Of a stretch of 64,000 nt of DNA, positions 50,204 through 59,971 are shown piece after piece (position 1 is the first letter of the stretch; each line of letters begins with the position of its first letter). The notes under the pieces are model-generated. The model saw nothing but the letters and a program-made list of their open reading frames with translations, ran no database searches and was not told where the DNA came from. This stretch comes from Halorussus marinus (GTDB lineage: Archaea; Halobacteriota; Halobacteria; Halobacteriales; Haladaptataceae): assembly GCF_004765795.1 (NCBI RefSeq), contig NZ_SBIV01000002.1:186001-250000 (forward strand), in the 5' to 3' direction. The position numbers were made by a program, and so were the translations under genes.

Positions 50204-50884
50204 GTGTCGTCTCCTCGTGCGGACTTCGTCTCCGGCGTTCGAGTCTCGCTGCCGATCCTGCTGGGCATCGCCCCGTTCGGGATGGTCGCCGGCGTCGCGG
50301 CCGTCGGCGCCGGCGTGCCGACCGTCGAGGCGCTCGCGATGTCGGTCGTCATCTTCGCGGGGGCGTCCCAGCTCGCGGCCGCCGAGCTCATCGGACGGAA
50401 CGCGCCCGCGGTCGTGGTCGTGGTCACCGTCCTCGTCATCAACGTCCGGATGGTGATGTACAGCGCCTCGATCGCGCCCTACTTCCGGGACCAGCCCGGG
50501 CGCTGGAAGGCGCTGGTGGCGTACCTGCTCACAGATCAGGCGTACGCGGTCTCGCTGCTGGAGTTCGAGAGCGACGGCGAGACCGCCCGGCGGTGGTACT
50601 ATCTGGGCGTGGCGGCGTCGCTGTGGGTGACTTGGCAGGTCGCGACCGTCGCGGGCATCGCGCTCGGCGCGAGCGTTCCCGACGGCTGGCGCCTCGAGTT
50701 CGCGGTGCCGCTGGTCTTTCTCGCGGTGCTCGTCCCCGCGGTCACCGACCGAGCGACCGGGGCCGCCGCGCTCGTCGGCGGGTCGGTCGCGGTGACAGCC
50801 AACGGGCTCCCGTTCAACCTCGGGCTGATCGTCGCGGCGGTGGTGGGAATCGGGGCCGGCCTGCTGGTCGAGGAGGTGGCGTAG
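50204..50884 (+). CDS. azlC: AzlC family branched-chain amino acid exporter
   Basis: IFAGASQ, INVRMVMYSAS, LTDQAYA. Confidence 0.9.
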   Translation: MSSPRADFVSGVRVSLPILLGIAPFGMVAGVAAVGAGVPTVEALAMSVVIFAGASQLAAAELIGRNAPAVVVVVTVLVINVRMVMYSASIAPYFRDQPGRWKALVAYLLTDQAYAVSLLEFESDGETARRWYYLGVAASLWVTWQVATVAGIALGASVPDGWRLEFAVPLVFLAVLVPAVTDRATGAAALVGGSVAVTANGLPFNLGLIVAAVVGIGAGLLVEEVA

Positions 50885-51220
50885 ATGGCGACCGACTACG
50901 GCGCCGTGACTCTCTGGGTGATCATCGTCGCCGGCGGGGTCGGGACGTTCGCCTACCGGTTCTCGTTCATCGCGCTGTTCGGGCGCCTCGACGACGTGCC
51001 CGAGGGGGTCGAGCGGGCGCTCCGGTTCGTCCCCGCGGCGGTGCTGGCGGCGTTAGTCGCGCCGGACCTCTTTCTCGCCGAGGGGTCGGCGGGCGTCTCG
51101 GTCGCGAACCCGCGGGTGGCGGCCGGCGCGCTCGCGGCCGCGGTCGCGTGGCGCACGGAGGACATCGCGGCGACGCTCGGGTCCGGGATGGTCGCGCTGT
51201 GGGCGCTGTCGGCGCTGTAG
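50885..51220 (+). CDS. azlD: AzlD family protein
   Basis: TFAYRFSF, LRFVPAAVLAALVAP. Confidence 0.88.
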   Translation: MATDYGAVTLWVIIVAGGVGTFAYRFSFIALFGRLDDVPEGVERALRFVPAAVLAALVAPDLFLAEGSAGVSVANPRVAAGALAAAVAWRTEDIAATLGSGMVALWALSAL

Positions 51221-51222
51221 TC

Positions 51223-51402
51223 TCAGAGCCGATCGCGGAGCGTGGCGCCAACCGCGACGGCGACGGCGACGAGCGCGAGACCGAGCGCGATCGGACTGTC
51301 GACGCCGTCGCCGAACCGCCAGCCGAACGCGACGTAGCCGACGAGCGCGAGGACGAACATGGCCACCCCGATCGCTCGGGTCGCCGTGGAAGTCGAGCGC
51401 AT
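51223..51402 (-). CDS. Small two-TM protein (FGW motif), not in ORF track
   Basis: Manual translation MRSTSTATRAIGVAMFVLALVGYVAFGWRFGDGVDSPIALGLALVAVAVAVGATLRDRL (59 aa); TTTTAC TATA-like box upstream. Confidence 0.65.
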   Translation of the reverse strand: MRSTSTATRAIGVAMFVLALVGYVAFGWRFGDGVDSPIALGLALVAVAVAVGATLRDRL

Positions 51403-51474
51403 GATCGGGCGTTCACCGCGTACGTGTAAAACAGTTAGGACGAACGGTAGCGAGTCGACGCGTCGGGTCGGCGC

Positions 51475-52317
51475 TCACTCGGCGGGGCTGGCCGCGCGCA
51501 GTTCTTTGACTCGCTCGATGTTCCACGCGAAGCCCCGGCCGTCCTCGTGGGGCGTTTCGAGCACCAGCGGCACGTCCTCGATCGCTGGGTGGTTGACGAA
51601 CGCGTCCATGCCCGCCTCGCCGATGAGCCCCTCGCCGATGTGGGCGTGCTCGTCTTTGTTGGTGCCACACTCGTGTTTGGAGTCGTTGAGGTGAACACAC
51701 TGCAGGTGGTCGAGCCCGACCACGTCGTCGAACGCCGCCAGCGTCTCCTCGACCGCCTCGGGGGTCGAGAGGTCGTAGCCGGCCGCGAACGCGTGGGCGG
51801 TGTCGAGACAGACGTCGAGGTCCTGGTCGGTGCGATCGAGCACCGCCGCGAGGTGCTCGAAGTCGCCCCCGAGTTTGGTGCCCGAACCGGCGTCGCTCTC
51901 GACGAGGACGGTCACGCCCTCCGGAACGTCGAGTTCGTCGAGCGCGCTGGCGGCGTTGTCGAGGCCGGCGTCGACCCCCGCGCCGGTGTGGGCGCCGAGG
52001 TGGACGTTCACGAACGGGATGTCGAGTGTGGCGGCGGCGTCGACCTCCTTTTGCATGCTGTCGATCGACTTCGACCGGAGGTCGTCTTTCGGGGTACAGA
52101 GGTTCACGAGGTACGACGAGTGGATGACCCACGGTCCGACGTCGTGGTCGGCCGAGAGCTCGCGGAACCGCTCGGCCTCCTCGTCGCCGATGTTGGGGTC
52201 CTGCCAGACCTGCGGGGAGTGGGTGAAGATCTGGCCGCAGTTGCCGCCGTCCTCGATCTGGGCGTCGACGGCGTTGTAGACGCCGCCCGCGATGGATTCG
52301 TGCGCGCCGACTTTCAT
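51475..52317 (-). CDS. nfo: Endonuclease IV (AP endonuclease family 2)
   Basis: [37 protein letters not shown]. Confidence 0.95.
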   Translation of the reverse strand: MKVGAHESIAGGVYNAVDAQIEDGGNCGQIFTHSPQVWQDPNIGDEEAERFRELSADHDVGPWVIHSSYLVNLCTPKDDLRSKSIDSMQKEVDAAATLDIPFVNVHLGAHTGAGVDAGLDNAASALDELDVPEGVTVLVESDAGSGTKLGGDFEHLAAVLDRTDQDLDVCLDTAHAFAAGYDLSTPEAVEETLAAFDDVVGLDHLQCVHLNDSKHECGTNKDEHAHIGEGLIGEAGMDAFVNHPAIEDVPLVLETPHEDGRGFAWNIERVKELRAASPAE

Positions 52318-52436
52318 GTGCGTTCGGAGGGAAGGCGTCCCTTTAGTGGCTTCGGAACCGGTGAGGCCGGCGCTCGGGGACGGGGCGGCGCGGCCTCAGA
52401 AGGAATTTTTAAGTCGGGGCGACGGGAGGAGCGACT

Positions 52437-52970
52437 ATGAGCGACTCCCAAGGGCTGGCGACGGGCGAACGCGCACCCAACGTCTCGGCGCCGCTCGTCG
52501 GACCGGACGGGGAGGCCACCGAGACCCCGCTGGCCGACCTCTGGAACGACAAGCCGGTGTTGCTCAGCTTCTACACCAACGACTTCAGTCCCGACTGCAT
52601 CGAGGAGTGGTGTGCGTTCCGCGACTACGACTGGTTCACCAGCAACGACGACGTGCAGGTCGTCGGCGTCAGCAAGTCCCGGGCCTACACCCACGAGAAG
52701 TTCATCGACTACCTCGATCTGAGCTTCCCGCTGTACGCCGACTGCGACCTCGCGATCTCCGACGCCTTCGGGGTGACCTACCGGACGTTCAAGATCGCGA
52801 CCAGATCGCGGCGGTCGTGTTTCCTCCTGGACAGCGACGGGGTGGTCCGGTACAAGTGGGTGGGCGAGCATCCGCTCGACCCGACCCGCGACCAGCCGCC
52901 GATCTCCGAGATCCACGAGACCATCGCCGAGGAGTTCGGCGGCGAGGGGCCCGAGACGTTCGGCTTCTAA
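52437..52970 (+). CDS. Peroxiredoxin/BCP-like redoxin
   Basis: FYTNDFSPDCIEEWC, VVGVS, SRRSCFLLDSDGVVRY. Confidence 0.85.
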   Translation: MSDSQGLATGERAPNVSAPLVGPDGEATETPLADLWNDKPVLLSFYTNDFSPDCIEEWCAFRDYDWFTSNDDVQVVGVSKSRAYTHEKFIDYLDLSFPLYADCDLAISDAFGVTYRTFKIATRSRRSCFLLDSDGVVRYKWVGEHPLDPTRDQPPISEIHETIAEEFGGEGPETFGF

Positions 52971-53803
52971 TCGAGAGGGTCCTCGCGGTCCCGGACCCAC
53001 GCCTCGCTCTCGAACTTGGCCGTCGCGCGGTCGCGTGCGCGATCGAGTTCGTCGTCGGTCCACGAACCGGCCTCGGCATCGGCCCACTCTCTGAGGGCGT
53101 CTTCGACGGCCTCGACGGCGTCCTCGCGGGCGACGCCCGCCTGTTCGCGTATCGACGTCACGCGCTCGCGGAACTCGGCGGGCGTCGTCGCCGGGTCGGC
53201 GAACGTCGCGAGGTGGCGCTCGGCGTCGACGTCGAACTTGAGCGAGCCGTGCTGGATGACCGCGTCCTTCCGGCGGTACTGGGCGTTGCCCGAGATCTTG
53301 CGAGCGTGGCCGTCGGCGCGGTCTGTCGAACCGCCCGCGACCACGTCGTGAGCGGGGTGGAGCTCCCGGAGGTAGCAGGCGGGCTGGTGGATCTCGGGGA
53401 GCTTCTCGTCGGTGAACTCGGCGTCCACCCCGAGGCGTTCGAAGGCGTCGAAGATCGGCTCGCAGAGGAGCTCGTAGGTCTCCATCAGATCGCCCGGAAG
53501 CTCGTCGGCGGGCGCGACGATGGTGTAGGAGATGTCGGCGTACTCGTCGTGATAGATGCCGCCACCGCCGGTCGGGCGCCGGGTGACGGTGATCCCCTCC
53601 CGGTCGCAGAACTCCCACGCCACCGTGTCGGGGTCCTGCCGGTAGCCAAGCGAGAGGGTGCTCGGCTCCCACCGGTACACCCGGACCGTCCGGGGACCGC
53701 CGGCGGCCGCCGTCTCGGCGGCGACCTCGTCGAGCGCCATGTTCGTCGGGCCGCGCCGGGACTCCTCGGGGATCAGCCGCCACTCGCGGTCGGACAGCGC
53801 CAT
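52967..53803 (-). CDS. lplA: Lipoate-protein ligase A / LipM family
   Basis: NMALDE, LSLGYRQ, RRPTGGGGIYHD, KISGNAQ, QHGS. Confidence 0.9.
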   Translation of the reverse strand: MALSDREWRLIPEESRRGPTNMALDEVAAETAAAGGPRTVRVYRWEPSTLSLGYRQDPDTVAWEFCDREGITVTRRPTGGGGIYHDEYADISYTIVAPADELPGDLMETYELLCEPIFDAFERLGVDAEFTDEKLPEIHQPACYLRELHPAHDVVAGGSTDRADGHARKISGNAQYRRKDAVIQHGSLKFDVDAERHLATFADPATTPAEFRERVTSIREQAGVAREDAVEAVEDALREWADAEAGSWTDDELDRARDRATAKFESEAWVRDREDPLD

Positions 53804-53881
53804 ACCGGGGGTTCGCGCGAGGGGACCAAGTGGATTGCGGAGCCCCGGCGAGGACGGAGCGGGACGAGAAAAGACTAAGTG

Positions 53882-53899
53882 GTTTAGGCCCACCTAAAC
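53882..53899. promoter_or_regulatory. Perfect palindrome GTTTAGG-CCCA-CCTAAAC resembling a DtxR/IdeR-family operator
   Basis: 7-4-7 inverted repeat between a BRE/TATA-like GAAAAGACTAAGT and an ATG at 53904. Confidence 0.7.
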
Positions 53900-53903
53900 A
53901 AGT

Positions 53904-54017
53904 ATGAGGTCGACCCGAAAACCCCGAACGCGTCGGAGCCGAGCGTGGGCGTACGTCTGTGCCGGCCTGTTCGGCCCGGCCGAGGCCGACGACCCGGACG
54001 GCGACGACGCGCGATAG
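53904..54017 (+). CDS. Putative 37-aa small protein
   Basis: MRSTRKPRTRRSRAWAYVCAGLFGPAEADDPDGDDAR; leaderless spacing from promoter-like element. Confidence 0.45.
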   Translation: MRSTRKPRTRRSRAWAYVCAGLFGPAEADDPDGDDAR

Positions 54018-54072
54018 GCCGTCGAGCGCGGACGCGCGGGGCTTTTACCCGCCCGACGCGTAGGCGCGACTA

Positions 54073-54990
54073 ATGGTTCAGAACGTCGCGGGCATGCTGA
54101 CCGAGTTGGAGCCCGAGGACTTCCACCTGCTGTCGGGCGTCGAGCAGGGGATGCGGTTCTCGGAGTGGGTCGCTCGCGAGAAGATTCCGGAGTTCTCGCG
54201 GCTCACCGCCGAGGAGGTCGACTACCGGCTCGACCGGTGTCTCGACCGCGAACTCTTGGAGCGCCGGACGATTCAGTACGAGGGCTACAAGCTCAAGTTC
54301 GAGGGGTACGACGCGCTTGCGCTACACACCTTCGCCGAGCGCGAGAGCGTCGAGGGGTTCGGCGCGCCCCTCGGAGTGGGCAAGGAGAGCGACGTCTACG
54401 AGGTCCAGTCGTACAAGCCCCTCGCGCTCAAGTACCACCGCGAGGGGTTCACCAACTTCCGGGAGGTGATGAAAGAGCGCGACTACACCGCCGACCGCGA
54501 GCACGTCTCGTGGCTCTACACCGCCCGGAAGGCGGCCGAGCGCGAGTACGAGGCGCTGGAGGCGCTCTACCCCGACGTGGCGGTCCCCCGGCCCGTCGAC
54601 CACAACCGTCACGCGATCGTGATGGAGAAGATCGACGGCGTGGAACTCTCTCGGACGAAGCTAGAGGACGAGCAGGTCGTCGCCGTCCTCGATCTGATCC
54701 TCGCGGAGATGGGCGACGCCTACGCGGCGGGATACGTCCACGCCGACATGAGCGAGTACAACGTCTTCGTCAACGAGGGCGGCATCACCATCTTCGACTG
54801 GCCGCAGGCGACCCCGACCGACCACGAGAACGCCGCCGAACTGCTCGAACGCGACGTCGAGAACGTTGTCGGGTACTTCCGACGGAAATACCCCCGAATC
54901 GTGCCCGACGAGGTCGACGCCGCCGGGCTGGCGACCGGCCTCGCGGACGGGTCGTTCGAGTCCGTCCGCGAGTACGGCTCAGAACACTAG
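54073..54990 (+). CDS. rio2: RIO2-type serine/threonine kinase
   Basis: N-terminal w[26 protein letters not shown]. Confidence 0.93.
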   Translation: MVQNVAGMLTELEPEDFHLLSGVEQGMRFSEWVAREKIPEFSRLTAEEVDYRLDRCLDRELLERRTIQYEGYKLKFEGYDALALHTFAERESVEGFGAPLGVGKESDVYEVQSYKPLALKYHREGFTNFREVMKERDYTADREHVSWLYTARKAAEREYEALEALYPDVAVPRPVDHNRHAIVMEKIDGVELSRTKLEDEQVVAVLDLILAEMGDAYAAGYVHADMSEYNVFVNEGGITIFDWPQATPTDHENAAELLERDVENVVGYFRRKYPRIVPDEVDAAGLATGLADGSFESVREYGSEH

Positions 54991-55131
54991 CGATACCACC
55001 GCCAACACGAGGAACACGATCACCAGCCACTTCGCGACGTCCATCGACAGGCCCGCGATCCCGCCCGCGCCGAGCGCGCCGGCGATGATGGCGAGGACGA
55101 AGAACGCGATCGCGAGTTCGAGGACCGCCAT
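54979..55131 (-). CDS. DUF1328 family small membrane protein
   Basis: [30 protein letters not shown]; start uncertain. Confidence 0.8.
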   Translation of the reverse strand: MAVLELAIAFFVLAIIAGALGAGGIAGLSMDVAKWLVIVFLVLAVVSLVF

Positions 55132-55339
55132 GCTATCGACCCCCGAAACCGCAGGGCGATCGAACGGCCGTGCGCCGACGGCGCAGTTGGAGTTCCTGCA
55201 TGACAGCACGTACCCGCTCTCCACCGTTAGTTATTAGCCGGGTATGTCTCCGATAAGCCGGCGTTAGTGCGTGGGACGGTCGGGAACGGTTGCAACGGAA
55301 GACGAAGCCCTTAAATCCGAACGACGAGAACTCCGAGTA

Positions 55340-55507
55340 ACTCGCTGGCGGACGGGCACCAGCGGGCACCTGCGCGTCGCGCCGACCGCTTCCGGTCGGT
55401 CGCGACCGCGGGACGGAATGTGGCCTGCGGGGTGCGTTGCACCTCGGGACGTCGAGCGGGGTCGCCCGCGAGACGGGGCTGAACCACCAACGCCCGTGGT
55501 GATAACC
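55340..55507 (+). promoter_or_regulatory. Long 5' leader of rpl15e, possible structured ribosomal-protein leader RNA
   Basis: TATA-like CCTTAAAT near 55309-55316 lies about 190 nt before the ATG; boundaries approximate. Confidence 0.45.
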
Positions 55508-56098
55508 ATGGCAAAGAGCTTCTACTCGCACATCAAGGACGCGTGGAAAAACCCCAACGACGGGGATCTCGGCGAACTGCAGTGGCAGCGAAAGCAGGAG
55601 TGGCGCGAGCAGGGCGCCATCGAGCGCATCGAGCGACCGACGCGCCTCGACAAGGCCCGCGAACTCGGCTACAAGGCCAAACAGGGCGTCGTGCTGGCTC
55701 GGGTCAGCGTCCGGAAGGGCTCGGCCCGCAAAGAGCGGTTCACCGCGGGCCGCCGGTCGAAGCGCCAGGGCGTCAACCGGATCTACCGGCGCAAGAACCT
55801 CCAGCGCATCGCCGAGGAGCGTTCGAGCCGGAAGTACCGCAACCTGCGCGTGCTCAACTCCTACTGGGTCGGCGAAGACGGCAGTCAGAAGTGGTTCGAA
55901 GTGATCATGATCGACCCCGAGCACGGCGCCATCCAGAGCGACGACGAGCTGAACTGGATCTGCGACGACAACCACAAGGGTCGGGCCTTCCGCGGGCTGA
56001 CCAGCGCGGGCAAGAGCAACCGGGGCCTCCAGCAGAAGGGCAAGGGCACCGAGCATAACCGCCCGAGCAACAACGGCGGTCAGGGCCGCGCGAAGTAG
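55508..56098 (+). CDS. rpl15e: 50S ribosomal protein L15e
   Basis: RPTRLDKARELGYKAKQG, VLNSYWVGEDG, RGLTSAGK. Confidence 0.97.
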   Translation: MAKSFYSHIKDAWKNPNDGDLGELQWQRKQEWREQGAIERIERPTRLDKARELGYKAKQGVVLARVSVRKGSARKERFTAGRRSKRQGVNRIYRRKNLQRIAEERSSRKYRNLRVLNSYWVGEDGSQKWFEVIMIDPEHGAIQSDDELNWICDDNHKGRAFRGLTSAGKSNRGLQQKGKGTEHNRPSNNGGQGRAK

Positions 56099-56182
56099 CC
56101 CCCGGACGTTCGAACACAGTTTTCCGCGATTCGGTCGCCGGCCAGCGGCGGCTTTTTACCCCGAGACCGCCAACGACCGGGC

Positions 56183-56998
56183 ATGAGCCTCTCGCTCGAT
56201 CCGACGCAACTCGACCGCTACTCGCGCCACATCATCATGGACGAGGTGGGGCCGGAGGGCCAGCAGGCCCTGCTCGACGCCGCCGTGCTGGTGGTCGGCG
56301 CCGGCGGGCTCGGATCGCCGGTCGTCCAGTACCTCGCGGCCGCGGGCGTGGGCACGATCGGCGTCGCCGACGACGACGAGGTGGAACTGAGCAACCTCCA
56401 GCGCCAGATCATCCACGGCAACGACGACGTCGGTCGGCCCAAGGTCGAGTCGGCGGCCGACTTCGTCGCGGACCTCAACCCCGACGTCGACGTCGAGACC
56501 CACGAGGTCCGCGTCGAGCCAGACAACGTCGAGGACCTGATCGCGGAGTACGACTTCGTGGTCGACGCGACCGACAACTTCCGGACGCGCTATCTGGTCA
56601 ACGACGCCTGCACGCTCTCGGGGACGCCGTTCTCCCACGGCGCCATCTACAAGTTCGAGGGGCAGGTCACGACCTTCACCACCGAGGAGCCGTGCTACCG
56701 GTGTCTGTTCCCCGAGGCGCCCCCGGAGGGGATGGTCGCCGACTGTGCGACCACCGGCGTGCTCGGCGCGCTCCCGGGAACGATCGGCAACATTCAGGCC
56801 ACCGAGACGCTCAAGTGCCTGCTTGGCGCGGGCGAGCCCCTCGACGGGCGGATGATCTTCTACGACGCGATGGAGATGAGCTTCGAGGAGGTCCAGTTCC
56901 GCCCGAACCCAGACTGTCCGATCTGTGGCGACGACCCCATCGAGTCGGTCGCGGAGGTGTCGTACGCCGAGGAGTCGTGTCCGGTGAACGCGGACTGA
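56183..56998 (+). CDS. ubaA: SAMP-activating E1 enzyme (MoeB/ThiF family)
   Basis: RYSRH, VVGAGGLG, SNLQRQ, PCYRC, DCPIC. Confidence 0.92.
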   Translation: MSLSLDPTQLDRYSRHIIMDEVGPEGQQALLDAAVLVVGAGGLGSPVVQYLAAAGVGTIGVADDDEVELSNLQRQIIHGNDDVGRPKVESAADFVADLNPDVDVETHEVRVEPDNVEDLIAEYDFVVDATDNFRTRYLVNDACTLSGTPFSHGAIYKFEGQVTTFTTEEPCYRCLFPEAPPEGMVADCATTGVLGALPGTIGNIQATETLKCLLGAGEPLDGRMIFYDAMEMSFEEVQFRPNPDCPICGDDPIESVAEVSYAEESCPVNAD

Positions 56999-57105
56999 CG
57001 CGTCGGCGTTTCACGCGGTCGAGCCGGCCGATTTCCGAACCTTGAGAATCGGATTCTACTTATATGTCTCCGGGGAGCCACGGTTCACATGTGAGGTGAA
57101 CGACG

Positions 57106-57675
57106 ATGGCCACTACCCAAATCACAGACGACGCGAATTCGTTCGAGAGCACCATCGGCGGGGTCACGGTCCGAGGCAAGGCCCACAGCCTGAGCGCGTG
57201 GTTCGTGCTTGCGCTCCGGCTCATGATGGGGTACGCGTTCTTCTACTCCGGCTGGACGAAGATCGCGGCCGCCGAGCCGTTCGACGCGCAGGGGTACCTC
57301 CTCCACGGGGTCGCCGACGCGAGCCCGCTGGTCGGGGTGTTTACGTGGATGGGCAACACCCCCTGGTTCGTCGACTTCGTGAACGTCGCGGTGCCGTGGG
57401 GCGAGCTCCTCATCGGGCTCGGGCTCCTCGTCGGCGCAATGGTCCGGCTCGCGGCGTTCTTCGGGGCCTTCATGATGCTGATGTTCTACTTCGGCAACTG
57501 GGAGGTCGCCCACGGGCTCATCAACGGTGACTTCGCGTACATGCTCGTGTTCCTCGCGGTCGCGGCGTTCGGCGCCGGCCGGATCGTGGGGCTCGACGCG
57601 CTGATCGAGAAGTTCGAACTCGACGGCGAAGCGCTGGTCGAGAAGTACCCGAAGCTCCGGTACGTGCTCGGGTGA
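57106..57675 (+). CDS. DoxX family membrane protein
   Basis: LRLMMGYAFFYSGWTK, ELLIGLGLLVG, GAGR..GLD. Confidence 0.88.
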   Translation: MATTQITDDANSFESTIGGVTVRGKAHSLSAWFVLALRLMMGYAFFYSGWTKIAAAEPFDAQGYLLHGVADASPLVGVFTWMGNTPWFVDFVNVAVPWGELLIGLGLLVGAMVRLAAFFGAFMMLMFYFGNWEVAHGLINGDFAYMLVFLAVAAFGAGRIVGLDALIEKFELDGEALVEKYPKLRYVLG

Positions 57676-57690
57676 CCGACTCGCGTCCCA

Positions 57691-57709
57691 CCGGGACCGA
57701 CGGTCCCGG
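57691..57709. repeat. Perfect inverted repeat CCGGGACCG-A-CGGTCCCGG between convergent genes
   Basis: Directly visible 9-1-9 palindrome. Confidence 0.6.
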
Positions 57710-57741
57710 ACCCCTTCGACGCTCGACGCTTCGGGCCGTCG

Positions 57742-58359
57742 TCAACGTTCGGTGAACGCGTGACGCATGAACCGCAACTGAGTCGCGTAGTCGTTCCATT
57801 CCTCTCTCGTCGTGAGCGCGTACTCCGCGAGCGGTTGGTTCCGGATCAGTTCGAGCTCGACGAGCCGCGTTCGAGCCGGCGTCGGGAGCCGTTCGAACGA
57901 CTTGACGGTCCGACCGGTCTTGCGCGGGCGGCCGCCGGCCGAGAACCGAACCGGATCGGCGTCTTCGATCGCACCCCGGCGCGAGCGGATCCAGATCTCG
58001 TACTCGCCGAACGGCTCGGTGTCGGTCGGCGGGCCGTCGCGAGTGATCTGTGCCTTGAAGCGCATCCCGGGCGACGGGAGCGCCGACCGCTCCCAGAGGA
58101 ACCCGTCGACGGTCAGTTTGAGCTCTCGGGCCCGGGTCACCCCGCCGTTGAACCGGAGCTTCCCACACCGGTAGGTCGCGTCGCCGATAGCGAAGTCATC
58201 GAGCGCCTCGTATCGGACGTCGGTCTCGTACTGGAACGGTAACGGCGTGTGGAACGCCTGTTCGCGGATCGGGCGGCGCTCGCGGTCGTCGCCAGCGTCC
58301 GACGACGACCCGGCCCACTCGCGGGCGTTCCCGTCTTTGGGATCGATCCACGTCGACAT
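57742..58359 (-). CDS. Hypothetical protein
   Basis: ATG at 58359 about 25 nt after a TTTATA box; 205 aa, no recognised motif. Confidence 0.6.
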   Translation of the reverse strand: MSTWIDPKDGNAREWAGSSSDAGDDRERRPIREQAFHTPLPFQYETDVRYEALDDFAIGDATYRCGKLRFNGGVTRARELKLTVDGFLWERSALPSPGMRFKAQITRDGPPTDTEPFGEYEIWIRSRRGAIEDADPVRFSAGGRPRKTGRTVKSFERLPTPARTRLVELELIRNQPLAEYALTTREEWNDYATQLRFMRHAFTER

Positions 58360-58615
58360 ACGTAATGATTTATCATTTTGTAGTATAAATCTACCGGGGC
58401 GACACGCCACCGGGCGCCCGACCGCAGACGAGAGCGGCCGCGCCGCCAGACCGGCCGTTCGTCGGTCGTACCGCCGAGCGTCCGAGTCCGCCCGTGTCGC
58501 GGCCGCCACGCTCGTCTCGGAATCTCGTCCGTTCCGCCGACTGGACGAGGGGGCAGTTCCGGCCGAACTACGGGCGATCCCCGACCTTTTGTGCCGGCCG
58601 ACGCTACCCCGGGGT

Positions 58616-59245
58616 ATGAGCCAGTCCGCAGCGACCGTCACGGTGTACTCCGATTACGTCTGTCCGTTCTGCTATCTCGGCCGCGAGTCGCTCCGGGAGT
58701 ACCGGGCGTCCCGCGAGGGCGACCTCGAAGTCGACTGGCACCCGTTCGACCTCCGGTCGGGCAAGCGCAACCCCGACGGGACGATCGACCACTCGGTCGA
58801 GGACGGAAAGGGCGAGGACTACTACGAACAGGCCCGCGAGAACGTCCGGCGCCTCCAAGAAGAGTACGGCGTCGAGATGGCCCAGGAGATCGCGACCGAC
58901 GTCGACTCGCTTCCCGCCCAGATCGCCTCCTACTACGTGAAGACTAACCGCGACTACGAGACGTGGCTGGCGTTCGACGTCGCGATCTTCGAGGCGCTCT
59001 GGCAGGACGGGGCCGACATCGGCGACGCGGACCTGCTGGTCGACCTCGCCGAGGAGGCCGGGGTCGACGGAGCCGAGATCCAGTCGGCGCTCGACGACGA
59101 GCGCCTCCGCGAGGCGGTCCGCGCGAAGTTCACCGAGGCCCAACAGCAGGGCGTGACCGGCGTCCCGACGTTCGCCTACGACGGCCACGCCGCCCGCGGG
59201 GCCGTCCCCCCGGAACACCTCGAACGACTGGTCGAGGGGACCTGA
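58616..59245 (+). CDS. DsbA family oxidoreductase (FrnE-like)
   Basis: SDYVCPFCY, GVTGVPTF. Confidence 0.92.
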   Translation: MSQSAATVTVYSDYVCPFCYLGRESLREYRASREGDLEVDWHPFDLRSGKRNPDGTIDHSVEDGKGEDYYEQARENVRRLQEEYGVEMAQEIATDVDSLPAQIASYYVKTNRDYETWLAFDVAIFEALWQDGADIGDADLLVDLAEEAGVDGAEIQSALDDERLREAVRAKFTEAQQQGVTGVPTFAYDGHAARGAVPPEHLERLVEGT

Positions 59246-59303
59246 GCCCCGAACGCGCGGTCGACTCCACGCGCTTTTACGCTCGCGGTGCGTACCCCAC
59301 GCT

Positions 59304-59957
59304 ATGAGCGAAACAGCCGAGCGCGTCGCGACGGCCTGTCCGTCGTGTTCGCCCGACGCCGAGACCGTCCACGAGGTGCTGTCCTCGGGCGGCGGTCGCG
59401 TCACCGTGCGGTGCACCGAGTGCAGTCACGTCCACAAGACCCAGATCGAGCGCGAAGACGACGTCGAGCGCGACGTCGTCGTCTCACAGGACGGCGAGTC
59501 GTTCACCGCGACCGCCGAGGCGCCGCCCTCAGAGACGGTGGCGGTCGGCGAGGAGTTCGTCCTCGAAACGCCCGAGGCGATCATGGTCGTCCGGATCACC
59601 GACCTCCAACTCGGCGACGAGGTTCGGAAAGAAGAGGCCACGGTCGAGGACGTCGAGACGTTCTGGACCCGCGCGGTCGACAACGTCCGCGTGAACGTCA
59701 CCGTCAATCCCGACGACGGCCGCGAGGAGGAATCAAAGAGCGTCAAGGTCGACGTGCCCGGCGACTTCGAGTTCGAGGTCGGGGCAAGCGAGGAGTTCGG
59801 CGACGAGAAGTTCCGAGTCAAGTCGATCGCGCTCCGCGACGACGCCGTCGGCTACGACTTCGACCCGCTCAGCGAGGACGGCGACACCGCGGTCGCGAAG
59901 GACGTCAAACGAGTGTACGCCGACGACGAGACCTCGTCGGCCTGGTCGGCGTGGTAA
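59304..59957 (+). CDS. Archaeal zinc-finger protein (HVO_0476-like)
   Basis: CPSC..HEVL..VRCTECSHVH, VVSQDGES. Confidence 0.82.
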   Translation: MSETAERVATACPSCSPDAETVHEVLSSGGGRVTVRCTECSHVHKTQIEREDDVERDVVVSQDGESFTATAEAPPSETVAVGEEFVLETPEAIMVVRITDLQLGDEVRKEEATVEDVETFWTRAVDNVRVNVTVNPDDGREEESKSVKVDVPGDFEFEVGASEEFGDEKFRVKSIALRDDAVGYDFDPLSEDGDTAVAKDVKRVYADDETSSAWSAW

Positions 59958-59971
59958 GGGGGTGAGCGAGC

